DNA of 64,000 nucleotides from Spirochaetales bacterium (GTDB lineage Bacteria > Spirochaetota > Spirochaetia > CADAEX01): contig JACKPD010000013.1 in assembly GCA_024233785.1 (NCBI GenBank), positions 665-64,664 of the forward strand, in the 5' to 3' direction. Shown here in pieces: positions 9,507 to 19,521 of the stretch. Numbering within the stretch: the stretch's first letter is position 1; each line of letters begins with the position of its first letter. A program made the translations under genes and the position numbers. The notes under the pieces were generated by a model that was given only the letters and a program-made list of their open reading frames with translations, did not search any database and was not told where the DNA came from.

Positions 9507-10565
9507 ATGTCTGAATCTACAGAAAACTACCGCCGGGATCTTGTCGAAAAGCTTTTCCCTGCAGGTATCCCTAAGCTGTGGTGTCCTCCCCTGACTCATT
9601 ATTCATCTGATGGTTCTATTGATAAAACTCACATCAAATTACATCTGACCCATATGGCGCCTTATGTTAAAACCCATCTTATTCCCGGTTCAACCGGCGA
9701 TGGATGGGAGCTGTCAGAAGCTGAAATAAAGGAACTGCTTGAATTTATTGTCAGTGAAGGAAGTACTCAAGGAATCCGTTTTCTGGTAGGTGTTCTGCGG
9801 CCTGATGCAGACACTGCAAGGCGCGATATTATTAAAACAGCAGAATGGCTTACTGATTTTACCGGAACATATGATTTTGAAAAAGCGATGGCTGCTTCGG
9901 GAGTATGCGGTTTTAATGTCTGCGCTTCCGGGGGAAAGTATTTATCACAGAAACAAATAAAGGAACAACTTGCTGCAATTCTTGCCCTTGGATATCCTAC
10001 AGCACTCTATCAGATACCGCAGTTCACAGATAATGAAATTGCTCCTGAGACATTTTCAGAACTTGCCGATGAATTCGGGAATTTATATATGTGGAAGGAT
10101 ACAAGCGGAAATGATACTGTTTCCCTTTCCAGGGTTGATACAGGCGGAATCTTCATGGTAAGAGGAATGGAAAAGGATTACAGCAGATGGTATAAATCAA
10201 CACCGGGAGGTTTATATGACGGATTTCTGCTTGGATCGGCAAACTGCTTTGCACATGTGTACAGAAAAATAATTGATTTGTCAGACAGAGGTATGCATGA
10301 AGAGGCTCAGTTTATGTCTGACCGTGTAACGCGGGCTGTGGCAGCTGCTCTGGAAAAAGCATCAGGTATTTCTTTTGGTAATGCTTTTGCCAACTCCAAC
10401 AAGGCTTTCGATCACTTTTTTGCATATGGCTGTGATGCATTGAAAACCCCTTTACCAATGACACATTCAGGAAACAGACTTCCGGAATGGATGATTAAGT
10501 CAGCGGGTATGCTTCTTGAAAATGAAAAACTCATGCCTGATCATGGGTATATGCAGCAGGAATAA
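9507..10565 (+). CDS. Dihydrodipicolinate synthase-family (class I aldolase) protein
   Basis: GSTGDGWELSEAE and WKDTSGN (Schiff-base Lys context) resemble DHDPS/NAL-family motifs. Start moved to ATG 9507, which is preceded by AAGGAGG. Confidence 0.7.
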   Translation: MSESTENYRRDLVEKLFPAGIPKLWCPPLTHYSSDGSIDKTHIKLHLTHMAPYVKTHLIPGSTGDGWELSEAEIKELLEFIVSEGSTQGIRFLVGVLRPDADTARRDIIKTAEWLTDFTGTYDFEKAMAASGVCGFNVCASGGKYLSQKQIKEQLAAILALGYPTALYQIPQFTDNEIAPETFSELADEFGNLYMWKDTSGNDTVSLSRVDTGGIFMVRGMEKDYSRWYKSTPGGLYDGFLLGSANCFAHVYRKIIDLSDRGMHEEAQFMSDRVTRAVAAALEKASGISFGNAFANSNKAFDHFFAYGCDALKTPLPMTHSGNRLPEWMIKSAGMLLENEKLMPDHGYMQQE

Positions 10566-10589
10566 GACTAAATTATCCGGAGATACTAT

Positions 10590-11195
10590 ATGCACGAAAC
10601 ACGGCTTTACCTTGTGCGGCACGGCGAGACAGAATGGAACAGGGAAGATAAAATGCAGGGAGTAAAGGACAGCCCTCTTACTGATAAGGGAGTTGAACAT
10701 GCCCGGCTTTTAGGGTCACGGCTTAAGGGGCTGACGGGAGGAATAGATAAAATCTATTCAAGCGACCTCGGAAGGGCTTTTGATACGGCTGTGCTGATCG
10801 GAGGATATCTTTCTCTTTCTGTTAACAGGGATGAGCGGCTGCGGGAAAGGAATATGGGTATCTTTGAAGGGTACAGCTGGGATTATGTAAGGGAGAATTT
10901 TCCGCAGGAATTCAAAAAAACTGTATCTGATGATAACAGCTACAGGATCCCGGAAGGGGAATCAAAGAATGAGTATATTGAAAAAGTGCGGTCCTTCCTT
11001 GATTTCGCGTCCCGTGAACATGAGGGAGACAGGGTGCTTGCTGTTACCCACAGGGGATTCATAAATTTCGCGCTCAGGATAATTCTTTCTGTACCGTTTC
11101 ATGAGCGGATGGGAATTATTGTACAAAATACAAGTCTTGCCGGGTTTACACTTCACAAGGGAAGATGGATGCTTGAGAGGTTCGGGGACCTATAA
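10590..11195 (+). CDS. Histidine phosphatase family protein (phosphoglycerate-mutase-like)
   Basis: N-terminal LVRHGETEWN (RHGE catalytic motif); 201 aa. Confidence 0.85.
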   Translation: MHETRLYLVRHGETEWNREDKMQGVKDSPLTDKGVEHARLLGSRLKGLTGGIDKIYSSDLGRAFDTAVLIGGYLSLSVNRDERLRERNMGIFEGYSWDYVRENFPQEFKKTVSDDNSYRIPEGESKNEYIEKVRSFLDFASREHEGDRVLAVTHRGFINFALRIILSVPFHERMGIIVQNTSLAGFTLHKGRWMLERFGDL

Positions 11196-11557
11196 TGTTT
11201 TTTATTGGAATATTCGGCATTGGCTCCAAAGAATACCCGGCAGAAGATAAAGGCGGTTCACCAGGCTTCAGATGCAGTATCTGCGGAGGGGAAAACACTC
11301 TCAGAAGGTATGTGAGAAGGAAATACTTTCATATTTTCTTTATTCCCCTTTTTTTCTGGGGTGATGTGTTTTTCTACAGGTGCGCAAGCTGCGGCGCTGC
11401 GTCGGGGGGAATTGGTTCAGCTTCAGGCAGTTACAGGGGAGGTACCGGCACCGGCGGACCAGGCGCGGACAGTCACGAGATCTGCGGACACTGCGGAAAG
11501 GAACTTGATTACAACGGCAGATACAGGTTCTGCCCTTATTGCGGAAATCCTCTTTAA
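11195..11557 (+). CDS. Zinc-ribbon domain protein
   Basis: Three CxxC pairs (CSICGG, CASCG, CGHCG...CPYCG) separated by a hydrophobic segment and a Gly-rich linker. The start overlaps the upstream stop (TAATG). Confidence 0.6.
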   Translation: MFFIGIFGIGSKEYPAEDKGGSPGFRCSICGGENTLRRYVRRKYFHIFFIPLFFWGDVFFYRCASCGAASGGIGSASGSYRGGTGTGGPGADSHEICGHCGKELDYNGRYRFCPYCGNPL

Positions 11558-11646
11558 CTCAGTCCCTGAACTCAGTCCCGGGCGTTTAATCATCAGCGAT
11601 GAAATCCTGTACACTTTTTTTTAATTCGGTTAATATGTAATCAATT

Positions 11647-13446
11647 ATGGCATCAAATAAAACTCAGGAATACGACGAAAGCAAAATAAAAACCTTAAGC
11701 TCCCTTGAGCATATAAGACTCAGGAGCGGCATGTATATCGGTCGTCTCGGAGACGGAAACAACCAGGATGACGGCATTTATATCCTTTTAAAGGAAGTTA
11801 TTGATAACAGTATTGATGAGTTTATCATGGGATTCGGAAAATCAATTGTTATCGATATAAGTGAAAATGTTGTAAAAGTCAGGGACTACGGCCGGGGCAT
11901 TCCTCTTGGAAAGGTAGTTGAGTGCGTCTCCCTTATAAACACGGGAGCCAAGTATAATGACGATGTTTTCCAGTTCAGCGTGGGCCTTAACGGTGTAGGG
12001 ACAAAGGCTGTGAATGCTCTTTCCTCCAGGTTCAGGGTAGTATCCATAAGGGACGAAAAATACTCTGAAGCTGTCTTTGAGAAAGGAATTCTTAAATCTC
12101 AGAAAAGCGGTACAAAAAAAGGGGAGAAAAACGGGACCTATGTCGAGTTTACACCGGACAGGGATATCTTTGCCGAATACCAGTACAACACCGAATTCCT
12201 TGAGCAGCGGCTGTGGAATTACGCATACCTTAACAGGGGCCTTACGCTTCAGCTCGGAAAACAGAAATTCTACTCGGACAAAGGACTTTACGATCTTTTA
12301 AACGCTGAAGTCGGAGATGATATTTATTACGATATAGCATACTACCGCGGGGAGAAAATAGAGTTTGCCTTTACCCATACCAAAACATACGGGGAAACAT
12401 TTTTCTCGTTTGTAAACGGGCAATTTACAAGCGACGGAGGCACTCACCTTACAGCTTTCAGGGAAGGCCTTCTTAAAGGGGTGAACGAGTTTTACAGGAA
12501 AAATTACTCGGGGCAGGATGTAAGGGAAGGTATCGCAGGGACTATTGCAATCAAGCTCAAGGACCCTGTTTTTGAAAGCCAGACAAAAAACAAGCTCGGC
12601 AATACAGATATCAGGAGCTGGATAGTAAATGAGGTAAAATCAGGCGTCAGCGATTTTCTCCATAAAAACAGGGAAGCGGCAAAGACCCTTGAAGACAGGA
12701 TAGTCTATAACGAAAAGCTCAGAAAGGAGCTCAATGTTGTAAGAAAGGAAGCCAAGGAAGCGGCGAAGAAAATCGCGATAAAAATCCCCAACCTGAAGGA
12801 CTGCAAATACCATCTCGAGGACGCCAAAAAGGGCGAACTTACAACGCTTTTCATAACTGAGGGACAGTCGGCAACCGGATCAATGGTTGCCTCCCGCGAT
12901 GTGTATACACAGGCTATTTTTTCCCTCAGGGGCAAACCCCAGAATATGTACGGGAAGAAAAAAACCGAAATATATAAAAATGAAGAGCTCTATAACATGA
13001 TGATGGCCCTTGGAATTGAAAATGATGTTGAAGAGCTGCGCTATGCGAGGATTGTAATTGCAACAGACGCGGATAACGACGGATTTCATATCCGGAACCT
13101 TATGCTCACCTTTTTTCTGAATTATTTTGAGGAACTGGTTGTAGCCGAAAGGGTTTTTATTCTTGAAACACCTCTTTTCCGCGTAAGGAATAAAAAAGAG
13201 ACCCGCTACTGCTACAGCATAGCGGAAAGGGATACAGCCGTAAGCGCGCTTTCGGGGCCGGAAGTTACAAGATTCAAGGGCCTCGGGGAAATATCCCCGA
13301 ATGAGTTCGGGCAGTTCATAGGGGCGGACATGCGGCTTGTAAAGGTGAATGTCAAATCGCTCAAGACAGTTCCTGAAACACTTGAATTCTATATGGGAAA
13401 AAACACGCCTGAAAGAAGGCACTACATTATGGAGAACCTTATCTGA
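11647..13446 (+). CDS. parE: DNA topoisomerase IV subunit B
   Basis: GHKL ATPase and Toprim motifs (EVIDNSIDE, GLNGVG, FITEGQSA, TDADNDG). The short 599-aa form is paired with a 645-aa A subunit, which argues for topo IV rather than gyrase. Confidence 0.9.
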   Translation: MASNKTQEYDESKIKTLSSLEHIRLRSGMYIGRLGDGNNQDDGIYILLKEVIDNSIDEFIMGFGKSIVIDISENVVKVRDYGRGIPLGKVVECVSLINTGAKYNDDVFQFSVGLNGVGTKAVNALSSRFRVVSIRDEKYSEAVFEKGILKSQKSGTKKGEKNGTYVEFTPDRDIFAEYQYNTEFLEQRLWNYAYLNRGLTLQLGKQKFYSDKGLYDLLNAEVGDDIYYDIAYYRGEKIEFAFTHTKTYGETFFSFVNGQFTSDGGTHLTAFREGLLKGVNEFYRKNYSGQDVREGIAGTIAIKLKDPVFESQTKNKLGNTDIRSWIVNEVKSGVSDFLHKNREAAKTLEDRIVYNEKLRKELNVVRKEAKEAAKKIAIKIPNLKDCKYHLEDAKKGELTTLFITEGQSATGSMVASRDVYTQAIFSLRGKPQNMYGKKKTEIYKNEELYNMMMALGIENDVEELRYARIVIATDADNDGFHIRNLMLTFFLNYFEELVVAERVFILETPLFRVRNKKETRYCYSIAERDTAVSALSGPEVTRFKGLGEISPNEFGQFIGADMRLVKVNVKSLKTVPETLEFYMGKNTPERRHYIMENLI

Positions 13447-15383
13447 TGGCATATGTAAAAAATGTTTTTGATATTAATTTTCTTGAATACGCCTCCTATG
13501 TAATCAAGGACAGGGCAATACCCGACATTGCTGACGGGCTTAAGCCGGTACAGAGAAGAATACTCCATTCGCTGTTTGAAATGGATGACGGCAAGTTCCA
13601 TAAGGTTGCCAACGTTGTCGGGCACTGCATGAAGTACCATCCCCACGGCGATATGTCAATCTACTCGGCGCTTGTTGTCCTTGCCGAGAAAAACTTCTTT
13701 ATCGACAAACAGGGCAACTTCGGCAATATTTTTACAGGCGATTCAGCTTCTGCTGCAAGGTACATAGAATGCCGGCTCCTTCCTCTTGCGAAAGAGGTCC
13801 TCTTAAATCCTGATATAACAGTATATGAGGATTCATACGACGGCAGGAACAGGGAACCTGTAGCTTACCCCGCAAAGATACCTGTAGTTCTTCTGCTCGG
13901 GACGGAGGGGATTGCGGTCGGTATGTCGACCAAAATTCTTCCCCACAATTTTAACGAAGTACTCGATGCCCTGTCAGATGCCTTAAATGGAAAAAAGAGG
14001 CTTTTATATCCGGACTTTCCTACCGGAGGAATCCTCGATGTGTCAGGCTATGATGACGGCAACGGAAAAGTCCTTGTAAGGGCGAAGCTTGATACAAAGG
14101 ACCCGAAGAGGGTTGTTATCAGGGAGCTTCCGTTCGGTCAGACAAGTGAAAGCATTATCGCATCCATAGAGGCGGCGGTAAGGAAAAACAAGCTTAAAGT
14201 AGCATCGATAAGCGATTTTACAACTGACAAGGTTGAAATTGAGATCAAGCTACCCCGCGGCATAATGACGGAAGATGTTGTCGATGCCCTTTATGCGTTT
14301 ACAGACTGCGAGACCTCAATATCTGTTAATCTCCTTGTCATAAAGGATAAAAAACCTGTCCAGATGACAGTAACCGAAGTTATTAACTATTATGCGCTCC
14401 AGCTTGTTGATGTCCTGACCCGGGAGCTTAAGCTTGAAGAGAAAAACCTGAAGGCAAGGCTTCACGCCAAAACGCTTGAGCAGATTTTTATTGAAGAACG
14501 TATTTATAAAAAAATTGAACAGATGAAAACCTCTGAAAGTGTAATAAAGGCTGTTATCACCGGATTCGAGCCCTTCCTTCACCTGATAAAAAACGAAGTG
14601 ACGGAAGAGGATGTTGAGAGGCTCCTTAAGATACCTATCAGGAGAATTTCCCTTTATGATATCAACAGGGCAAAAAAAGAGATGGAGGAAATACTCGCGA
14701 GGCTCAAGGAGATCAAATACCATCTTGCCCATATTAAAGAATACGCGCTTTCTTTTATATCCGGAGTAAAGGCAAAATACGGCGCCGCGTTTAACCGTAA
14801 TACACAGATCACATCATTTCAGAAGGTTGACATGAGGGAAGCGGCGATAAGAAGCCTTAAACTGCGCTATGACAAGGATACAGGATATCTTGGCTATGAA
14901 GTTGCTTCCGGTACTGCGTTATTTGATGTATCTATTTATGACAGGGTGCTTATTATAAAGAAGAACGGCACTTATCTAGTCATGAATGTGCCTGACAGGG
15001 TTTTTATTGACAAGGGGATGCTGCATTGCGCAATCGCGGAAAAAGAGCAGATGCCGGACACTGTTTTTACTATCCTGTATAAAACTACAGATAACAAAGC
15101 TTTTTATATAAAAAGGTGCAGGATAGAAAAATATATTCTTGACAAGGCTTACGATCTTGTACCGGATAACGCAAAACTGATTTATCTTACAACACGGGAA
15201 GAGGGCAGCATAAACCTTGTATATGCGCCGAAAGCCAGGGTAAAGATACTTGAAGAAAGTTTTGATATTTCTTCCTACCTTATAAAAGGGGTTAAAGCAG
15301 GGGGAGTTAGGCTTACAACACGCGAAGTTAAATCTTGTAAATTTGTTTCCTCAAAAAAGAAAACGCAGAAAAACGGGAAATAG
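13446..15383 (+). CDS. parC: DNA topoisomerase IV subunit A
   Basis: IPDIADGLKPVQRRIL, AARYIECRL (catalytic Tyr context). At 645 aa it is too short for GyrA. Its start overlaps the parE stop. Confidence 0.9.
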   Translation: MAYVKNVFDINFLEYASYVIKDRAIPDIADGLKPVQRRILHSLFEMDDGKFHKVANVVGHCMKYHPHGDMSIYSALVVLAEKNFFIDKQGNFGNIFTGDSASAARYIECRLLPLAKEVLLNPDITVYEDSYDGRNREPVAYPAKIPVVLLLGTEGIAVGMSTKILPHNFNEVLDALSDALNGKKRLLYPDFPTGGILDVSGYDDGNGKVLVRAKLDTKDPKRVVIRELPFGQTSESIIASIEAAVRKNKLKVASISDFTTDKVEIEIKLPRGIMTEDVVDALYAFTDCETSISVNLLVIKDKKPVQMTVTEVINYYALQLVDVLTRELKLEEKNLKARLHAKTLEQIFIEERIYKKIEQMKTSESVIKAVITGFEPFLHLIKNEVTEEDVERLLKIPIRRISLYDINRAKKEMEEILARLKEIKYHLAHIKEYALSFISGVKAKYGAAFNRNTQITSFQKVDMREAAIRSLKLRYDKDTGYLGYEVASGTALFDVSIYDRVLIIKKNGTYLVMNVPDRVFIDKGMLHCAIAEKEQMPDTVFTILYKTTDNKAFYIKRCRIEKYILDKAYDLVPDNAKLIYLTTREEGSINLVYAPKARVKILEESFDISSYLIKGVKAGGVRLTTREVKSCKFVSSKKKTQKNGK

Positions 15384-15523
15384 TTTTTATTGGACAAAGA
15401 AATCATACCGACCGATTAGCCGCAGAATGAGACTGAAGAAATCAGGAAATACCTATACCTATGATGATAACGGGAACACTGCGGCGGCATCAGAACCATT
15501 TACACAAGACTTATGACAGCGCC

Positions 15524-15937
15524 TTATTTTCCTTCCCAATTTTCTAATATTAAATCCGGTATTCTGCTGAAATGATTTTTATTATTTGTTACCAAAGACA
15601 AATTCATATATAATGAAGTTGATGCAATCAATAAGTCCATGTCGTCAATACGATTTCCGGATATTTCCAGCTTTGCCTTTAATTCTCCGAATATTTCAAT
15701 AATTCCCTGATTAATATCTATGATTTGAAATAATTCTGCTATTCGGTTTACTGTGGCTGTATTTTTTTCAGGATGCCCTGATTTCCTCGCGCCATATGTT
15801 AATTCTCCATATGTAATAACAGAAATATATTTTGGAATATTCTGATTCTCAATCATCCAGTTATTTACTTCTTCATTTCCTTTTAAACTATAGATGATTA
15901 TATCTGTATCAATCAAAAAGGCCATTTTTTTCTCCAA
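15524..15937 (-). CDS. vapC: PIN-domain toxin (VapC family)
   Basis: N-terminal FLIDTDIIIY and a conserved acidic residue (NRIDDMDLLIAST). 137 aa. Overlaps the upstream antitoxin gene. Confidence 0.85.
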   Translation of the reverse strand: MEKKMAFLIDTDIIIYSLKGNEEVNNWMIENQNIPKYISVITYGELTYGARKSGHPEKNTATVNRIAELFQIIDINQGIIEIFGELKAKLEISGNRIDDMDLLIASTSLYMNLSLVTNNKNHFSRIPDLILENWEGK

Positions 15938-16196
15938 ATCTATTTGACTGATTACGCCCTTTTTTTATTTCAGTGATTATTTCTTCTGCCTCTTTATCAT
16001 CAACCCAGGCCCCTCTTAATGATAAAAATTCCAAAGTTGAGTTTTTCATTTGTTTTTGATTACTGTTCAGGTAATTTTGTATTATTGTAATTACTTCCTG
16101 GCTGATCGACCGGTTCTGCAGTTTTGCAGACGTTTTGAGGAAATTATATAACCTGTCATCTATATCACGAACCTGCAGTGTTGCCATAATATTCAC
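15909..16196 (-). CDS. vapB: Ribbon-helix-helix antitoxin (VapB/FitA-like)
   Basis: MATLQVRDIDDRLYNFLKTSAKLQNRSISQEV matches the FitA-like RHH pattern. The true start may be the second ATG (16187). Confidence 0.75.
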   Translation of the reverse strand: MNIMATLQVRDIDDRLYNFLKTSAKLQNRSISQEVITIIQNYLNSNQKQMKNSTLEFLSLRGAWVDDKEAEEIITEIKKGRNQSNRFGEKNGLFD

Positions 16197-16522
16197 CTCT
16201 ATATTTATTATAGCAGTTTTTCATGAAAATACAAGCATTTTGCATGCAGCTGTGTGTTTAATCGGGAGAAATGATTCTTTGCTTTATAAGGTTTTAATAT
16301 TTATGCTGTAAAAAGACTTTCTTCCAAAAAGGGATGCGAAGGGCGCCGAAGGCGGACCCCGCAGCGAACGGAAAGTAAGCGAGGAGGCCGGAGCCCCCTT
16401 TGGGGCGCAGCCCGGAGCAGGCCCGGCCCCGCAATGCCCTGATTTACACTTTCAGTTTAAGAAACAGAGTTATATGTATTTAATAAACATTGCGGGGATT
16501 TTGCCGATCCTCTGCGGGTCTG

Positions 16523-16900
16523 TTAAATTTCCGCTATAGCCTCTACTTCAACCAGGCAGTCTTTCGGAAGCCTTAAAACACCTACTGTCGATCTTGCGGG
16601 AAAATCAGATTTAAAAAATGACTTATATACTTCATTGAATTCAGCAAAATCATTCATGTCCTTGAGGAAGCACGTTGTCTTGACAATTTTGTCCATCGAG
16701 CTTCCCGCCGCTTCCGCCACAGCCTTAACATTTTTAAGCGTTGCTTCCGCCTGTTCCCTGATTGTTGTGCCGGTTATTGCCCCGGTAGCAGGGTCTGAAG
16801 GAGTCTGTCCCGATATGAAAATCAGGCCGCCCAGCTGTACCGCCTGGGAATAAGGGCCTATCGCCGCAGGAGCATTTTTTGTGGAAATAATTTTCTTCAT
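16523..16900 (-). CDS. ridA: RidA family reactive-intermediate deaminase (YjgF/TdcF)
   Basis: APAAIGPYSQAV...GQ...P.TG, PARS..V..LP and a length of 125 aa are all typical. Confidence 0.9.
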   Translation of the reverse strand: MKKIISTKNAPAAIGPYSQAVQLGGLIFISGQTPSDPATGAITGTTIREQAEATLKNVKAVAEAAGSSMDKIVKTTCFLKDMNDFAEFNEVYKSFFKSDFPARSTVGVLRLPKDCLVEVEAIAEI

Positions 16901-16912
16901 TTTAACCTCCGT

Positions 16913-18184
16913 TTACTTTTTCAATAACCTGGCTTCAAGGTAATACCGTTTTTCAATTGACTCCCCGATGGAAAAAGTCTTTCTGGGGTATACCCCTTTG
17001 GCGGTTATTCTTTTAAAAAAAGTCTTCTTGCTTATTACCGGCAGTATAAACCCTATGTTTCCCTCTTTTTCAGCTATTTCAAGCGTGTCTGCTTCCCCGT
17101 GAATATAATCAATCTCATCCCCTGTTTCAGAGAGGTATTTGTCAAGAAATGTCTGAAGTTTTTCAGCCGCAAGAAGATTATCCTCATACGGCAGGATTAT
17201 TTCCCCGTATCTGCTGCCGGCGGCAAAGATTATTGTGCCCGGCATTTCCGGCGTTTTTACTTCCCGCCTCGTGCACTTTCTGATTTCACAGCCTGTTTCC
17301 GCCTTGAAAGCATCAAGCATTTTTGCGCTGTCTGTGCCAAATACAACCCTGTGAATCGGTTCAAAGTTAAGCCCTGTGCTGTTGATGTTGATTATTTCAA
17401 CAAGGGCATATCTTGCGGGATGGTCTTCGCCTGTGCCTGGCTGATTTTTGATTTTATTCCATACCTCTTTTGCCGCGGCAAGCGAGTGATTGCCGTCGCC
17501 GACCGCGAAAAGTGTTCTGTTGACCTTAAGGAGTTTATCAAACGCTTCTTCAATATGAGAGAGGTCTTCATCACTGTTTACAAGCCATCCCCTGATCTTT
17601 CCCCCGTTTTTCATAAGCTTGAAATCATACAGTTTTTTGAGTTTGTCTTTTTTTGCGTAAAGGTGTTCGACTACACTTCCGTCAGCATCATCGATAAGAA
17701 ATAGTATATGGGGAAGGTCAAGCGATGCTTTTTCCCTTATTCTGATCCGGGGAGGAAGACGGTCTACAACCGTTTTTTCCGTGGGGCGGATAAGTGAATC
17801 AGCCTTTTCGCTGTAATCATATTTTTCAAGGTCAACAGCAATCAGCAGCCCCTGTCTTGACTTTGTATACGGGGTTTCACGGTCTATAAGCACAAATCCG
17901 GGTTCTGTTGTTTTAAGTACACCGTCCGAAAGATAATCTTCCATTGTTTTGTTTATTGATTTGATTTTATCATCAAGATTCACCTCTTTCAGATAACATT
18001 CGGGGAGGATCAGGTTCAGGGTTGAGGGTTTTCCTTCAGTAGTTTTTTTTACATCCTCCCAGTAATCCCTGTTGGAAGTGAACTGGTCGCACGCAATAAC
18101 CGACCATTTTTCAAAATCTGTTTTACCTGTGTCCGGAAGCAGAATTTCAGGTAATCTGACTCCGTATTTTTCGAAGCTGCTCAT
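16913..18184 (-). CDS. DUF1015 domain protein
   Basis: 423 aa. The N-terminal pattern ...PE.LLP.......EKWSVIACDQFTS and the internal AVGDGNHS are the DUF1015 signature as I recall it. Confidence 0.8.
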   Translation of the reverse strand: MSSFEKYGVRLPEILLPDTGKTDFEKWSVIACDQFTSNRDYWEDVKKTTEGKPSTLNLILPECYLKEVNLDDKIKSINKTMEDYLSDGVLKTTEPGFVLIDRETPYTKSRQGLLIAVDLEKYDYSEKADSLIRPTEKTVVDRLPPRIRIREKASLDLPHILFLIDDADGSVVEHLYAKKDKLKKLYDFKLMKNGGKIRGWLVNSDEDLSHIEEAFDKLLKVNRTLFAVGDGNHSLAAAKEVWNKIKNQPGTGEDHPARYALVEIININSTGLNFEPIHRVVFGTDSAKMLDAFKAETGCEIRKCTRREVKTPEMPGTIIFAAGSRYGEIILPYEDNLLAAEKLQTFLDKYLSETGDEIDYIHGEADTLEIAEKEGNIGFILPVISKKTFFKRITAKGVYPRKTFSIGESIEKRYYLEARLLKK

Positions 18185-18187
18185 ATT

Positions 18188-18676
18188 TTACTCCTTTGAG
18201 ATGTCAGTTTCATCAAGTTCAATTACGTCAAACTGGTGAGGTATTTTAAGGTTGAAGCTCTTAAAGACTATAAAGGTTTCCGTTACTGTAATACCTTTGA
18301 TAGTGGAAAGCTCCCGGCTCAGGAAATCAAGAAGACTGTAGTCAGGTTCAAGATGCACAGTTATAAAAAGATCATATCTTCCGGTAACAACGCTTGATGA
18401 TATGACTCCTTTAAGCCTGCTTATATTTTCCGCGGTTTCTTCAAGCTGAAGGTGGTTCAGCTGTATTCCCATGTATACAATAGTGTGCCCTTTCGCTACT
18501 TCAGGGTTTACAAGTGTTGTAATATCAATTATTCCGGTTTCCCTGAGTTTCTGTATTCTTGCCTTTACCGTATTTTCAGCAATCGAAAGCTCTTTGGCGA
18601 TTTTTTTGTATGAAATCCTGCCGTCTCTAAGGCGGTTGATTATCTTTTTATTGATGTCATCAAGAATAAGCCCCAT
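18188..18676 (-). CDS. Lrp/AsnC-family transcriptional regulator
   Basis: LDDINKKIINRLRDGRISYKKIAKELSIAENTVKARIQKL is the AsnC HTH. Start moved to ATG 18676 (MGLILDD), which is preceded by AAGGGG. Confidence 0.85.
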   Translation of the reverse strand: MGLILDDINKKIINRLRDGRISYKKIAKELSIAENTVKARIQKLRETGIIDITTLVNPEVAKGHTIVYMGIQLNHLQLEETAENISRLKGVISSSVVTGRYDLFITVHLEPDYSLLDFLSRELSTIKGITVTETFIVFKSFNLKIPHQFDVIELDETDISKE

Positions 18677-18816
18677 TCTTTGCCCCTTTTGTCTAATTTT
18701 TACATGTTTTTGCCCAGATTTCAACTGAAGTTTTTTTTTAACCGGAAAAAGATCCTTAAACTCCCGCTTGATGCTCCCTTTTTTGCCTTAATATATTTTT
18801 TTCTATATGAAAAAAG

Positions 18817-18860
18817 CTACATTATTGTAGTCTGACATATAATTTCCTACAATAATGTAG
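18817..18860. promoter_or_regulatory. Paired 14-bp palindromic boxes upstream of the AsnC-family gene (candidate operators)
   Basis: ctacattattgtag (18817-18830) and its exact reverse complement ctacaataatgtag (18847-18860). Centres are 30 bp apart, and each box is itself a CTACA-N4-TGTAG dyad. Confidence 0.4.
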
Positions 18861-19129
18861 TAAAAAAAACAGCAGTAGAATAGTGTCCGGGCCGAAATAG
18901 TAATATTATTTTAATAATAATACATAAATCGGTAAAAATATATTTCAAAACTGCATTTACAGCAATATCTATTTTTAAAAAGCGGGTTGGCACTATTATT
19001 GCATAATGTTTATAACTGCTGTGGTGCATACCTTTACAGTATGTATGTGCAGAAGTTATTTGATTATCAGGGTTTATACTTTGAGATCAAACCTTTTTTA
19101 TTGTTCTGAACAGTCTCCTTAAGTTCTCA

Positions 19130-19156
19130 GGCTCTTTACTTGTCAAGTAAAGAGCC
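19130..19156 (+). terminator. Orphan perfect stem-loop upstream of gatC
   Basis: ggctctttactt / gtc / aagtaaagagcc is a 12-bp perfect stem followed by tgctttatc. No annotated plus-strand gene ends here. Confidence 0.35.
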
Positions 19157-19214
19157 TGCTTTATCTCCCCTTATCATTATTGACACTTGAAAGTATAATT
19201 TATAGAGTAATTCC

Positions 19215-19493
19215 ATGCAGAAAGAGGAATTATTTGTTACCGCAAGCCTTGCGAGGCTTGAACTTGATGAGAAGGAAGCTGAAAAGCTTAATGAAGCTGT
19301 TACAGGGATGATTGAATATTTTTCACTGATGGACAAAATTGATGTTGACGACCTGCCTCCGACAACTCACGCGGCAGCAAAAGTGAACAGAACAAGAAAG
19401 GATCTCCCTTCAGACATCTCTCTTGCGGATAAAATGGTTGAAAATGCACCTGAGAAAGAGGGCAGATTCATAACAGTACCGAATGTTTTATAA
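19215..19493 (+). CDS. gatC: Asp/Glu-tRNA amidotransferase subunit C
   Basis: 92 aa with a LARLELDEKEAEKL pattern, followed by gatA and gatB. Confidence 0.9.
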   Translation: MQKEELFVTASLARLELDEKEAEKLNEAVTGMIEYFSLMDKIDVDDLPPTTHAAAKVNRTRKDLPSDISLADKMVENAPEKEGRFITVPNVL

Positions 19494-19521
19494 TGTTCTA
19501 AATTAAAAACCGGAAAAATCA

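Noticed and set aside
15427-15516. A 29-codon ORF, MRLKKSGNTYTYDDNGNTAAASEPFTQDL, contains a textbook YD/Rhs repeat motif (G-x-x-Y-x-Y-D-x-x-G-N). It lies between parC and the VapBC module and may be a relic of an Rhs/polymorphic-toxin gene.
   Set aside because: Only one repeat unit of about 12 residues is present. There is no Rhs core, PAAR/VgrG context or adjacent toxin/immunity gene. It is too short to distinguish from chance without a database search.
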